From assembly GCF_014857065.1 (NCBI RefSeq), contig NZ_CP046533.1:270001-302000 (forward strand): 32,000 bases of DNA, in the 5' to 3' direction. Shown one piece after another: positions 1-8,214 of this stretch. Below the pieces are notes generated by a model. The model worked only from the letters and a program-made list of their open reading frames with translations, was not told the origin of the DNA and did no database searches. Origin of the DNA: Candidatus Saccharimonadota bacterium (GTDB taxonomy: Bacteria; Pseudomonadota; Gammaproteobacteria; Enterobacterales; Enterobacteriaceae). Numbering within the stretch: position 1 is the first letter of the stretch; each line of letters starts with the position of its first letter. A program made the position numbers and the translations under genes.

Positions 1-162
1 TAAATGCAATATAAAAAATGATAATGTAAGGATTGTTATTTAATTATCTAGATCTAACTATTCAGTTATCACTTATAAGATCATAAATGCATGCTGTATA
101 TATATAAAATTTAACATAATTATGTTAATTTAGATTACTAAAAACAATATGTATATAAAACA

Positions 163-915
163 GTGAAAATATATATAAAATATTTTTTTATAATAATTAA
201 TGTTTTTGTCCTTATCTTAATACATAGTAATAACGGTAGCTTAAATGCTAAAGTACATCATACAAATAACAAATTTCACAGCCTTAAATCAAGTAAATTT
301 ATAAAAAATAATAATAATAAAGAACTTACAAAACTAAAAAAAACAAACGATGAATGTTCAAATATTGAATGCGAACAACAAGCTCAACTTAATCTAATAG
401 ATTTCTATTATACATCTGATAACCCAGAATTAACAAAAAAAACCATAAACCAATTTTTATATCTATATCCCTATAATCCAAATTTAGATTACGTATTTTA
501 CATTAAAGGACTAACTAATTTATCTCTTGATAAAAACCACAACTATCTGTTATATAAATTATTAAACATTAATCCAAGCCACCATAATCCAATATACGCA
601 TACGAAGCGCTCCGTGATTTTACATATATTATAGAAAAATACCCTGATAGTAAATTTCGTTCTACAGTTAACGATCACATCTTATTTTTAAAAAATAGAA
701 TAGCTGAATACGAACTGCATATTGTAAAATTTTATAATACAAAAAAAGCATATATAGCCGTAATAAACAGGGTGAATAAAATAATAGACAATCTTCCGGA
801 TACCAGTATAACTTATCAATCACTCAACTACCTTTATATAGCTTATGAGCAACTTGGTTTAACTGAAATAGCTAACAAAATTAAACAACAAATCATAATT
901 GCTAAAGAATCCTGA
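163..915 (+). CDS. bamD: Outer-membrane protein assembly factor BamD (YfiO), TPR protein; N-terminus has a hydrophobic signal but no lipobox cysteine
   Basis: 250-aa ORF. The C-terminal two thirds are colinear with E. coli BamD ([15 protein letters not shown] ~ [47 protein letters not shown] ~ [46 protein letters not shown] ~ VNRVEGMLRDYPDT). GTG at 163 is the first start after an in-frame TAA at 139-141. TGA stop at 913-915. Position upstream of pheA matches E. coli bamD-raiA-pheLA. Confidence 0.85.
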   Translation: [250 protein letters not shown]

Positions 916-1242
916 GCATAATGTTCTCAAATAAAATTAAACATCAAATGCAATAATTATTAAATAAAATAGATATCAATAATAATTATGTGTAAAAGTA
1001 AAATTTTATTGTCAAATCTACTAAAAATTTATAGAATTCTAGTACAAATAAATAAGAAATAAATTAAACTTTAAAAAATAATTTAAGATAGGTCTTAAAT
1101 GAGTTTTTTAAATAATGTAAAACTCAACCTTTAAAAACAAACAAGCTAAGACTATCACAATAAATCATTATCTACAAAATTTTGTTAAAATTTAATTACG
1201 ATAGAAACATTTAAGTAATTTCAAATTTTGGATAATAAACAT

Positions 1243-1845
1243 ATGCTAAAAAAGTACAATAAACATAAAACTCGTATAGCATTTCTTGGCCCCCAAGGAT
1301 CTTATTCCCATATAGCTGCTAAAAAATATGGAATATATCATTTTGGTGATATCATAGAATGTAGTTGTAAAAAATTTATTGATATTGTACAAGCAATAAG
1401 AAATGAAAATGCAGAATACGGTATTTTACCCATCGAAAATTCTACTTCAGGCCCAATTAACGAAGTATACGATATTCTGAAAAATAACACCTACATTTCT
1501 TTAATAGGAGAAATAACGCTCCCTATCCAACATTGCATGCTAGTTAATGATAATAAAATTACATTTAAAGCGATCAAAACAATATATAGTCATCCCCAAC
1601 CCCTTCTACAATGTAGCCATTTTATAACTCATTTTCCTCAATGGCATATTGTATATTGCAAAAGCACATCAGTCGCAATGCAAACAGTGGCGACACTTAA
1701 AAAACCGACTATTGCTGCCGTGGGGAGTAAATTTGGAAGTATTCTTTACGGACTACAAATATTGAAATTTAATTTAGCTAATTACAAACATAATATAACC
1801 CGCTTCGTAGTAATTGGATACAAAAATAAAATAACCAAATTTTAA
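1243..1845 (+). CDS. pheA: Prephenate dehydratase domain only (truncated P-protein PheA lacking the chorismate mutase and ACT domains); could alternatively be annotated as a pseudogene
   Basis: The ORF track gives 1228..1845 with a TTG start; ATG at 1243 (MLKKYNKHKTRIAFLGPQGSYSH...) is more plausible. Colinear with E. coli PheA from about residue 95 to 290 (ARIAFLGPKGSYSHLAA, PIENTSSGAIN, YSHPQPFQQC, TRFVVL). Ends 12 residues after the TRF motif. Only 81 bp remain before the convergent tyrA stop, and in-frame stops lie immediately upstream at 1147, 1183 and 1216. Confidence 0.8.
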   Translation: MLKKYNKHKTRIAFLGPQGSYSHIAAKKYGIYHFGDIIECSCKKFIDIVQAIRNENAEYGILPIENSTSGPINEVYDILKNNTYISLIGEITLPIQHCMLVNDNKITFKAIKTIYSHPQPLLQCSHFITHFPQWHIVYCKSTSVAMQTVATLKKPTIAAVGSKFGSILYGLQILKFNLANYKHNITRFVVIGYKNKITKF

Positions 1846-1926
1846 ATAATTAATAATAATAATACAAAAGTACAAAATCAAAATTTAGAAAAATTCAAAA
1901 TTCGAAACGTATCAAATATACATAAA

Positions 1927-3048
1927 CTATTCTTTAAAATCATCTATATATTTTAGCAAAATTTGACTTTCTTTTAAAAAAAGCTTAGTGTATCCCCCGA
2001 ACCAACATTTAATCTTATCAAAACAATCATTGAGATCCTGCATTTTATTGTTTTCTAATAAAAACAGTATTTCACCCACACGTTGGTAATAACTCTTAAT
2101 CATCAATAAATTATTTTTAGAATTTATGATATCATCTATATAAAATTGAGAATCTTTAGCAAAAAACCTACCAGCCATTGCCAACTCCACACGAAACATA
2201 GAACAAGACAACAATAAGATTTGCTTCAAATCTACATCCTCATCTTTTAAATGCAAACCAAAAACAAAAAAAATGAAATACAAGAAAGACTGAATAGAAA
2301 AAATATTTTTGTCATGTTTAATGACATCCCAAGAATACAATTTTACACCCCAAACTCTAATTTGATCCAATAACCATTGACACATTTCTGACATACGACC
2401 CTTATAATAAATTATAGCCTGTTTTATCATATTTTGTATATCGGAAGGAAACATGGGATGTAAAGTCAATACAGGACCACGATGAAAACCTAACATTATT
2501 TCCAATAATGCATGGTCTTTTATTGAAGATACATTTACTAAAATACAATCATTCATTAATTTTGGTAATTTACTAATCACTATTTTAGTAAAAGATATTG
2601 ATGCAATAATTAATACTAAACAAGCACTTTGTAAATTTTTTTCTTCTAAATACAAATCTTCCTTTTCTAAAAACCTAACTTGATATCCTGAAAGAATAAA
2701 CATTCTGTTAAATAACTTACCCATTCCAGCATCATTACTGATAATTATTACTGGACGTAAATATGGACATAAATTTTTAAATCCTTTTTCGTTTTCATTA
2801 AAATAAGACTCACGTATCACCCTACGTAATATATCCTCAATTAAATCTGGTGAAATGCCCAATTCTTCGGCTTCTTTTCGTCTAGAAGAAAACATCATTT
2901 CTTCCCTATCTGGAGCATGAACAGACAAACCGAAACGACTCTTTAATTCACCTATTTGAGAAACTAATAAAAGACGCTTTGCTAATATATTTAATAATGA
3001 TTTATCTAATCGATCAATTTCATTACGTAAAAAATCTAACTTTTCCAT
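1927..3048 (-). CDS. tyrA: Bifunctional T-protein: chorismate mutase / prephenate dehydrogenase
   Basis: 373 aa, the same length as E. coli TyrA and colinear with it. N-terminal CM domain: LRNEIDRLDKSLLNILAKRL, SRFGL, PDLIEDILRRVIRESY. PDH domain: LHPMF, VWG, ELAMAGRFFAKDSQFY. Immediately downstream of aroF with a 4-bp gap, as in the E. coli aroF-tyrA operon. Confidence 0.93.
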   Translation of the reverse strand: MEKLDFLRNEIDRLDKSLLNILAKRLLLVSQIGELKSRFGLSVHAPDREEMMFSSRRKEAEELGISPDLIEDILRRVIRESYFNENEKGFKNLCPYLRPVIIISNDAGMGKLFNRMFILSGYQVRFLEKEDLYLEEKNLQSACLVLIIASISFTKIVISKLPKLMNDCILVNVSSIKDHALLEIMLGFHRGPVLTLHPMFPSDIQNMIKQAIIYYKGRMSEMCQWLLDQIRVWGVKLYSWDVIKHDKNIFSIQSFLYFIFFVFGLHLKDEDVDLKQILLLSCSMFRVELAMAGRFFAKDSQFYIDDIINSKNNLLMIKSYYQRVGEILFLLENNKMQDLNDCFDKIKCWFGGYTKLFLKESQILLKYIDDFKE

Positions 3049-3052
3049 TATA

Positions 3053-4117
3053 CTAATTCAATAACATGAAACGATCATAAAGAATTGATCGCAGTTCTAC
3101 ATATAACGAACGCAACAACTTCTCAGTATCACTCCAATTAAGACAAGAATCAGTTACTGAAACGCCATAAAGTAACTTATTAACAAAAGGTAACTTCAAA
3201 ATTTGATTGCCAGAATGGATATGACTTTCTAACATTAAACCAACAATAGAACGATTACCAGACTTAATTTGGTCTAATATAGATTGTACGACTTGTACTT
3301 GGTAACGATAATCTTTATTTGAATTTCCATGACTACAATCAACAATTACGAATAAAGGCAACCCAACTTTTAGTAACTGACCTTCACAATTTGCAACATC
3401 TTTCGGATAATAATTAGGTTTAGTCCCTCCACGAAGGATAATATGTCCATTCGGATTACCCTGTGTTCTTAGAATGCAAATTTTACCATTTCGATTAATG
3501 CCCATGAAACAATGAGACGCAGCAGCTGAACGTATAGCATTAATGGCATATATTAAATTACCATCAGTACTATTCTTAAAACCTACTGGCATCTGTAATC
3601 CAGAGGCTAATTCTCGATGAATTTGAGACTCAGTGGTCCGAGCTCCAATGGCAGACCAACTAAAAAATTCAGCAAGATATTGCGGTGTATTTAAATCTAA
3701 AGATTCACTAGCTAACGGTAAACCCATTTTTACTAATCTTAATAGTAAACTCCTTGAAATTTTCAGTCCATCAACTATATTACAAGATCCATCCATATGA
3801 GGATCATTAATCAAACCTTTCCATCCTAAAACAGTGCGTGGTTTTTCTAAATACACTCGCATAATAATATACAATTTATCTTGTAACTCAGAAAAAAGAA
3901 CCTTTAAACGACAAGCATAATCAATTGCAGAATCTATATCATGAATAGAGCAAGGACCACAAATTATTAATAATCTCGGATCTTTACCATGTAAAATATC
4001 AGCAATAATTCGTCGAGAATTCAAAATGTTCTGACTTTCTTTTTCTCCCAAAGGCAATTCATCTTTTAATTCCTGCGGGGTAATTAATTCTTGAAAATTA
4101 TATATTTTTTCTTGCAT
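3053..4117 (-). CDS. aroF: 3-deoxy-D-arabino-heptulosonate-7-phosphate (DAHP) synthase, class I alpha, AroF-like
   Basis: 354 aa. Strong colinearity with E. coli AroF (DPRLL..CGPCSIHD, EKPRT..GWKGLINDPHMDGS, SWSAIGARTTESQ.HRE.ASGL.MPVGFKN, VDCSHGNSNKDYR.Q, GNRSI.GLM.ES). The VDCSHGNSNKDYR string and the linkage to tyrA favour the AroF isozyme over AroG or AroH. The isozyme label is less certain than the enzyme call; reduced genomes often label it aroH. Confidence 0.9.
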   Translation of the reverse strand: MQEKIYNFQELITPQELKDELPLGEKESQNILNSRRIIADILHGKDPRLLIICGPCSIHDIDSAIDYACRLKVLFSELQDKLYIIMRVYLEKPRTVLGWKGLINDPHMDGSCNIVDGLKISRSLLLRLVKMGLPLASESLDLNTPQYLAEFFSWSAIGARTTESQIHRELASGLQMPVGFKNSTDGNLIYAINAIRSAAASHCFMGINRNGKICILRTQGNPNGHIILRGGTKPNYYPKDVANCEGQLLKVGLPLFVIVDCSHGNSNKDYRYQVQVVQSILDQIKSGNRSIVGLMLESHIHSGNQILKLPFVNKLLYGVSVTDSCLNWSDTEKLLRSLYVELRSILYDRFMLLN

Positions 4118-4292
4118 TTTACTAATCCAAAAAGAACAATCGAAATTATTTATTTGTATAATAAATAAATAATACTAATCCAAAATACACAGCGTAATTC
4201 TAGCATAGAATATTAAACTAATACATAAGAAATTTTAATAAAAAAAATTAAAAAAATAAAACATCACATTCCGATTAATCAAACATCCGATT

Positions 4293-4643
4293 TTAAGTTA
4301 AACGTTCTTTTATTCGAGCACTTCTACCACTACGCATACGCAAATAATACAATTTTGCATGTCGCACGACGCCTCGACGATTCACCGTAATATTTTCAAT
4401 TGTCGGAGAATATTTTTGAAAAACTTTTTCAACGCCATCACCACTAGAAATTTTACGTACTGTAAATGTGGAATGTAAACCACGGTTACGAATAGCAATA
4501 ACAACACCCTCAAAAATTTGTGACCGCTTCTTTGCCCCTTCTATTACCCAGGTTCTTACTGAAATAGTATCACCCGGTTTAAAAAAGTTCACTGTAACAA
4601 GTCGCATTTGATCTTGATCTAAAATTTTAATTATTTCATTCAT
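4293..4643 (-). CDS. rplS: 50S ribosomal protein L19
   Basis: 116 aa. [13 protein letters not shown]...[43 protein letters not shown] is colinear with E. coli RplS. Last gene of the rpsP-rimM-trmD-rplS block. Confidence 0.97.
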   Translation of the reverse strand: MNEIIKILDQDQMRLVTVNFFKPGDTISVRTWVIEGAKKRSQIFEGVVIAIRNRGLHSTFTVRKISSGDGVEKVFQKYSPTIENITVNRRGVVRHAKLYYLRMRSGRSARIKERLT

Positions 4644-4739
4644 TTCAACGAATCTTAAATTTTAATAAAATAACAAATAAAAATATTGTACTTAAATATC
4701 AACAATACAGGATTTATAACTATATAAGTTTCAAGATAT

Positions 4740-5480
4740 TTATTTATATTCATGTTGAAACTCTCTTAACAAAACTTTCTGCTCCTGATTTAATTTTATA
4801 GACTTAAAAAGCTCAGGTCTTCTCAACCAAGTACGTCCTAAAGCTTGTTTTAAACGCCACCTACTAATTTCTTTATGATTGCCAGATAATAAAATTGAAG
4901 GAACTTCCATATCTTCTAATACCCTAGGCCGTGTATAATGTGGACAATCTAATATACCATTTACAAAAGAATCACTTACAGAAGACGATTGATTACCTAA
5001 AACACCAGGCAATAACCTTACCATAGCATCAATCAATACCATAGCTGCTAATTCACCACCACTTAATACATAATCTCCAATTGACCATTCTGAATCTACT
5101 TCACTTTTAATAAATCTCTCATCAATTCCTTCATAACGACCGCAAATCAAAATTAACTTAGAATTAAGTGATAACTCTTTTAATCTATGATAATCTAATT
5201 TTCGTCCTTGAGGAGATAAATAAATGACTTTAACGGGATTATTACCTATTTTAGTTTTAGCGTCTCTAATGGCTTGTTTTAAAGGATATGCCATCATCAA
5301 CATACCAGGACCACCACCATAAGGGCGATCATCAACAGCTCGACGTCGACTATTAGTAAAACTACGAGGATTCCAACATTCCACATGCAAAAAACCACTT
5401 CTAATAGCCTTGCTCGTTATTCCAAAGTCAGTAATAGCACGAAACATCTCAGGAAATATACTTATTATACCAATCCACAT
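4740..5480 (-). CDS. trmD: tRNA (guanine37-N1)-methyltransferase
   Basis: 246 aa. [25 protein letters not shown] matches the E. coli TrmD N-terminus almost exactly. [13 protein letters not shown] and GRYEGIDER motifs are present. Confidence 0.97.
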   Translation of the reverse strand: MWIGIISIFPEMFRAITDFGITSKAIRSGFLHVECWNPRSFTNSRRRAVDDRPYGGGPGMLMMAYPLKQAIRDAKTKIGNNPVKVIYLSPQGRKLDYHRLKELSLNSKLILICGRYEGIDERFIKSEVDSEWSIGDYVLSGGELAAMVLIDAMVRLLPGVLGNQSSSVSDSFVNGILDCPHYTRPRVLEDMEVPSILLSGNHKEISRWRLKQALGRTWLRRPELFKSIKLNQEQKVLLREFQHEYK

Positions 5481-5525
5481 AAGTTTATATACAATTGTTT
5501 TAATAAAATTAAATATAAAACATCC

Positions 5526-6080
5526 TCAACAAGCATAATCCCAATCTACACTAATAAAACGATTAATAATATCTACTTTTTTTATTACTTCATCTTCAAT
5601 AAAAGGAATCAAACATTCTTTTACATTAAATAAATCCTTCATCATGTATTTTACTATTAAAACATCATTTGCGCCAGTTTCTATTAAATTTATAACCTTT
5701 CCTATTAAACCACCGTTTATAGATAATACTTTACATCCTATTAAATCTTTCCAATAATATGCTTCATTTTTAAGAACAGGTAACTGAGAAATATCGATAT
5801 TTATTTTACGATTAATTAAAACAGTAGCTGCATCACGATCTTTAATGCTTTTAATCTTAACAATTAAATTTTTATCATGATAACGCCAATTTTCCAAATA
5901 AAAAGAACGCCAACTATGAAATAAATAAATAAACCACGGTTGATAATTAAAAATATTACAAATTTTTTCAGTAAACGAAATAACTTTTAGCCACCCCTTA
6001 ACACCATAAACTTTACTAATTTTTCCTAATACTATAGGATGCTTGGGTGAATCAATAAAAAAATTATCATTTATTTGCAT
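5526..6080 (-). CDS. rimM: 16S rRNA processing protein RimM
   Basis: 184 aa. PIVLGKISKVYGVKGWLKV, YQPWFI, DRDAA, YYWKDLIGC, TGANDVLIVK and VDWD are colinear with E. coli RimM. Lies between rpsP and trmD. Confidence 0.93.
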   Translation of the reverse strand: MQINDNFFIDSPKHPIVLGKISKVYGVKGWLKVISFTEKICNIFNYQPWFIYLFHSWRSFYLENWRYHDKNLIVKIKSIKDRDAATVLINRKINIDISQLPVLKNEAYYWKDLIGCKVLSINGGLIGKVINLIETGANDVLIVKYMMKDLFNVKECLIPFIEDEVIKKVDIINRFISVDWDYAC

Positions 6081-6098
6081 AACTACATCAATAAACTA

Positions 6099-6359
6099 TT
6101 AGTAAACAATATCATTTCTTTTTACATATTTAATTAAAGTAGAAACTCTAGCAGAAATTACAGCTCCTTTACTTATCCAATAAGTAACCCTACGTGTATC
6201 TAAAAACAAACTTTTATTATCTTCATCTACAAGAATCGGATCAAAAAATCCAATTCGTTCAATAAACCGACCATTTCGTGCACTTCTACTATCAGTAACA
6301 ACTACATGATAAAACGGACGCTTCTTAGCACCTCCACGAGACAATCGTATTACTACCAT
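6099..6359 (-). CDS. rpsP: 30S ribosomal protein S16
   Basis: The track ORF 6099..6389 begins at a TTG. The conserved S16 N-terminus [17 protein letters not shown] starts at the ATG at 6359 (cat at 6357-6359), which has a GGGA motif 7 nt upstream. I trimmed the start accordingly (86 aa). Confidence 0.95.
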   Translation of the reverse strand: MVVIRLSRGGAKKRPFYHVVVTDSRSARNGRFIERIGFFDPILVDEDNKSLFLDTRRVTYWISKGAVISARVSTLIKYVKRNDIVY

Positions 6360-6420
6360 AATAAATATCCCATACCTTAAGAATTTCAAGTAAACAATCT
6401 TATTGCCATAAATTTATAAA

Positions 6421-7794
6421 TCAACGTTTATTACCAAAAATAGAAAACATATTCTTTTGTAACATTTGTAATGTCTTTGAAGTGCTAAATTTATTAATTT
6501 TTTTTAACATATATTGCATATCAAAAAATTGCTGTAATAATTTATTAACGTCTTGAACATTTACACCTGCTCCATATGCTATGCGTCGCTTACGTGATCC
6601 TTTGATAATTTTAGGTTCATTACGTTCACGCATAGTCATAGAATTAATAACAATCTCCATACGATCAAAAAACTTATCATCTATCTTAGATTTTATATTT
6701 TCAGGTAAATAAGAAACACCTGGCAATCTGTTAATTATCTTGACTATACCACCTATATTACGTAATTGCTTTAATTGATTTGTAAAATCAATTAAATTAA
6801 AATCATTACCACTTTTAACTTTATCAACCAACTCTTTTGCTGATAACTCATCTACATTATCTTTAATATCTTCAACTAAAGAAAATATATCACCCATACC
6901 TAAAAGTCGACTAACTAAACGTTCGGGATAAAATGGTTCCAACTCATTAATACTTTCTCCAACTCCAATAAATTTTATTGGCTTTCTGGTTATATGATAT
7001 ACGGAAAAAGCTGCTCCACCTCGTGCATCACCATCTACTTTAGTAAGTATAATTCCGGTTAACGGTAACAATGAATTAAATGAACTAGCAATATTTGCAG
7101 CATCCTGACCAATCATAGAATCTACTACAAATAAAGTCTCTACAGGTTTAATAACCTTATGAATATTAACTATCTCAGATATTAAACCTCTGTTTATAGG
7201 TAAACAACCCGGAGTATCAACCAATAACACATCATACGAATTAGATTTAGCTGTATCTAAGGCCAAATTAACTATATCTATAGGTTTTTGCTCTAGATTG
7301 GAAGGAAAAAAATCAATACCACCTTTAAGAGCCAAAGTCTCTAATTGCTTAATACCTGCTGGACGGTACACATCGACGGATACTACTAGAACTCTCTTAT
7401 CTTTTTTACTTTTTAAAAATTTACCTAACTTCGCTATAGTAGTGGTCTTTCCTACTCCTTGTAATCCTACAAGAAACATCACTCTTGGCAATTCTTTTCC
7501 AAATAAATTCAAACTCTTATCAATACTCTCCCCCCCCATCGCCGTTATCAAAGAAGAACGAATAATTCTAATTAATTCTTGACTGGGAGTGAACCCTTTA
7601 CTAACTTTTTTCCCTACAGCATCCTTTTTAACCAATTTAAGAAAATTATATACTACTGGCAAAGCCACATCAGCATCTAATAATGCATTTCTTATTTCAC
7701 GCAAAGTATCTTTAACATTATCTTCCGTAAGTAAAATAGGACTTCTAATTTTACGTAAAGAATTCAATAATCTATTAGATAAATTTTCAAACAT
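6421..7794 (-). CDS. ffh: Signal recognition particle protein Ffh
   Basis: 457 aa. MFENLSNRL...LTE.NVKDTLREIR.ALL.ADVALPVV; GTPase motifs GLQGVGKTTT, DTPG and TKVDGDARGGAA; M-domain at the C-terminus. Colinear with E. coli Ffh. Confidence 0.97.
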   Translation of the reverse strand: MFENLSNRLLNSLRKIRSPILLTEDNVKDTLREIRNALLDADVALPVVYNFLKLVKKDAVGKKVSKGFTPSQELIRIIRSSLITAMGGESIDKSLNLFGKELPRVMFLVGLQGVGKTTTIAKLGKFLKSKKDKRVLVVSVDVYRPAGIKQLETLALKGGIDFFPSNLEQKPIDIVNLALDTAKSNSYDVLLVDTPGCLPINRGLISEIVNIHKVIKPVETLFVVDSMIGQDAANIASSFNSLLPLTGIILTKVDGDARGGAAFSVYHITRKPIKFIGVGESINELEPFYPERLVSRLLGMGDIFSLVEDIKDNVDELSAKELVDKVKSGNDFNLIDFTNQLKQLRNIGGIVKIINRLPGVSYLPENIKSKIDDKFFDRMEIVINSMTMRERNEPKIIKGSRKRRIAYGAGVNVQDVNKLLQQFFDMQYMLKKINKFSTSKTLQMLQKNMFSIFGNKR

Positions 7795-8125
7795 AAAATC
7801 TACTCAAATCCACAATTAATTTACTAGATATTAACATGATAAATAAAAAACAGATACACCATCTAACCTTCTTCAATAAGAAGACCAAAAAGCACCCTAA
7901 CTAAAATTACTCTGTATATAAAAGCCAGAATACATGAAAGAACTAAAAATAACAATAACACATTACGCCAATAAAATCATCTACCTAAAATGCATATACT
8001 ACCTCTACTACTCGTAGAGTACAATAATATTATTTAAAGAACAATGAAATAATAAAATATAAGATATCTTAATTTCAACAAATAAACAAATAATAAATAT
8101 TAATAATTTATTCAATTTTAAACGA

Positions 8126-8200
8126 CGCACCCGAGAGGATTTGAACCCCCGACCACCCGGTTCGTAGCCGAGTACTCTATCCAAACTGAGCTACGGGTGC
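8126..8200 (-). tRNA. argV: tRNA-Arg (anticodon ACG); 3' CCA not encoded
   Basis: Reverse complement reads GCACCCGTAGCTCAGTTTGGATAGAGTACTCGGCTACGAACCGGGTGGTCGGGGGTTCAAATCCTCTCGGGTGCG. It folds as a cloverleaf: acceptor GCACCCG/CGGGTGC, anticodon stem CTCGG/CCGGG, loop CTACGAA, T-loop TTCAAAT. Very similar to E. coli tRNA-Arg(ACG). It is a GC-rich island in AT-rich surroundings. The acceptor is followed by GTCGTT, not CCA. Confidence 0.9.
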
Positions 8201-8214
8201 AAAACTTATACCAA

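Noticed and set aside
1099-1134. A mini-ORF MSFLNNVKLNL with an AGG upstream, considered as a possible pheL-like leader peptide.
   Set aside because: It has only one Phe codon, whereas pheL is Phe-rich. I could see no alternative hairpins overlapping it, and it lies about 110 nt from the pheA start. This is insufficient for an attenuator call.
4267-4292. An imperfect direct repeat CAT(T)CCGATT x2 immediately 3' of the rplS stop.
   Set aside because: The copies are direct rather than inverted, so they cannot form a terminator hairpin. They are short (9-10 nt) and imperfect, and I cannot attach a function to them.
5385-5633. An 82-aa plus-strand ORF overlapping the trmD start and rimM end.
   Set aside because: It is antisense to two well-supported genes. 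The product is low-complexity (K/N/Y/I/F/T-rich) with no recognisable motif. This is a typical shadow ORF in AT-rich DNA.
6360-6389. N-terminal extensions in track ORFs: rpsP 6360-6389, eno 25703-25726, erpA 28503-28595 and cysG 19633-19680.
   Set aside because: The conserved protein N-termini begin at internal start codons with better SD motifs. The extensions have no counterpart in homologs and in two cases rely on TTG starts.
7298-7819. Two plus-strand ORFs (94 aa and 76 aa) inside ffh.
   Set aside because: Both are antisense to the highly conserved ffh coding sequence and have no start context or homology. I treat them as shadow ORFs.
8003-8019. A hairpin CTCTAC-TACTC-GTAGAG between tRNA-Arg and ffh, considered as a possible terminator of the tRNA transcript.
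   Set aside because: It has only a 6-bp stem and is not followed by a clear U-tract on the minus strand (GTAGTATATGCATTTTAGG). That is too weak to annotate as a terminator.
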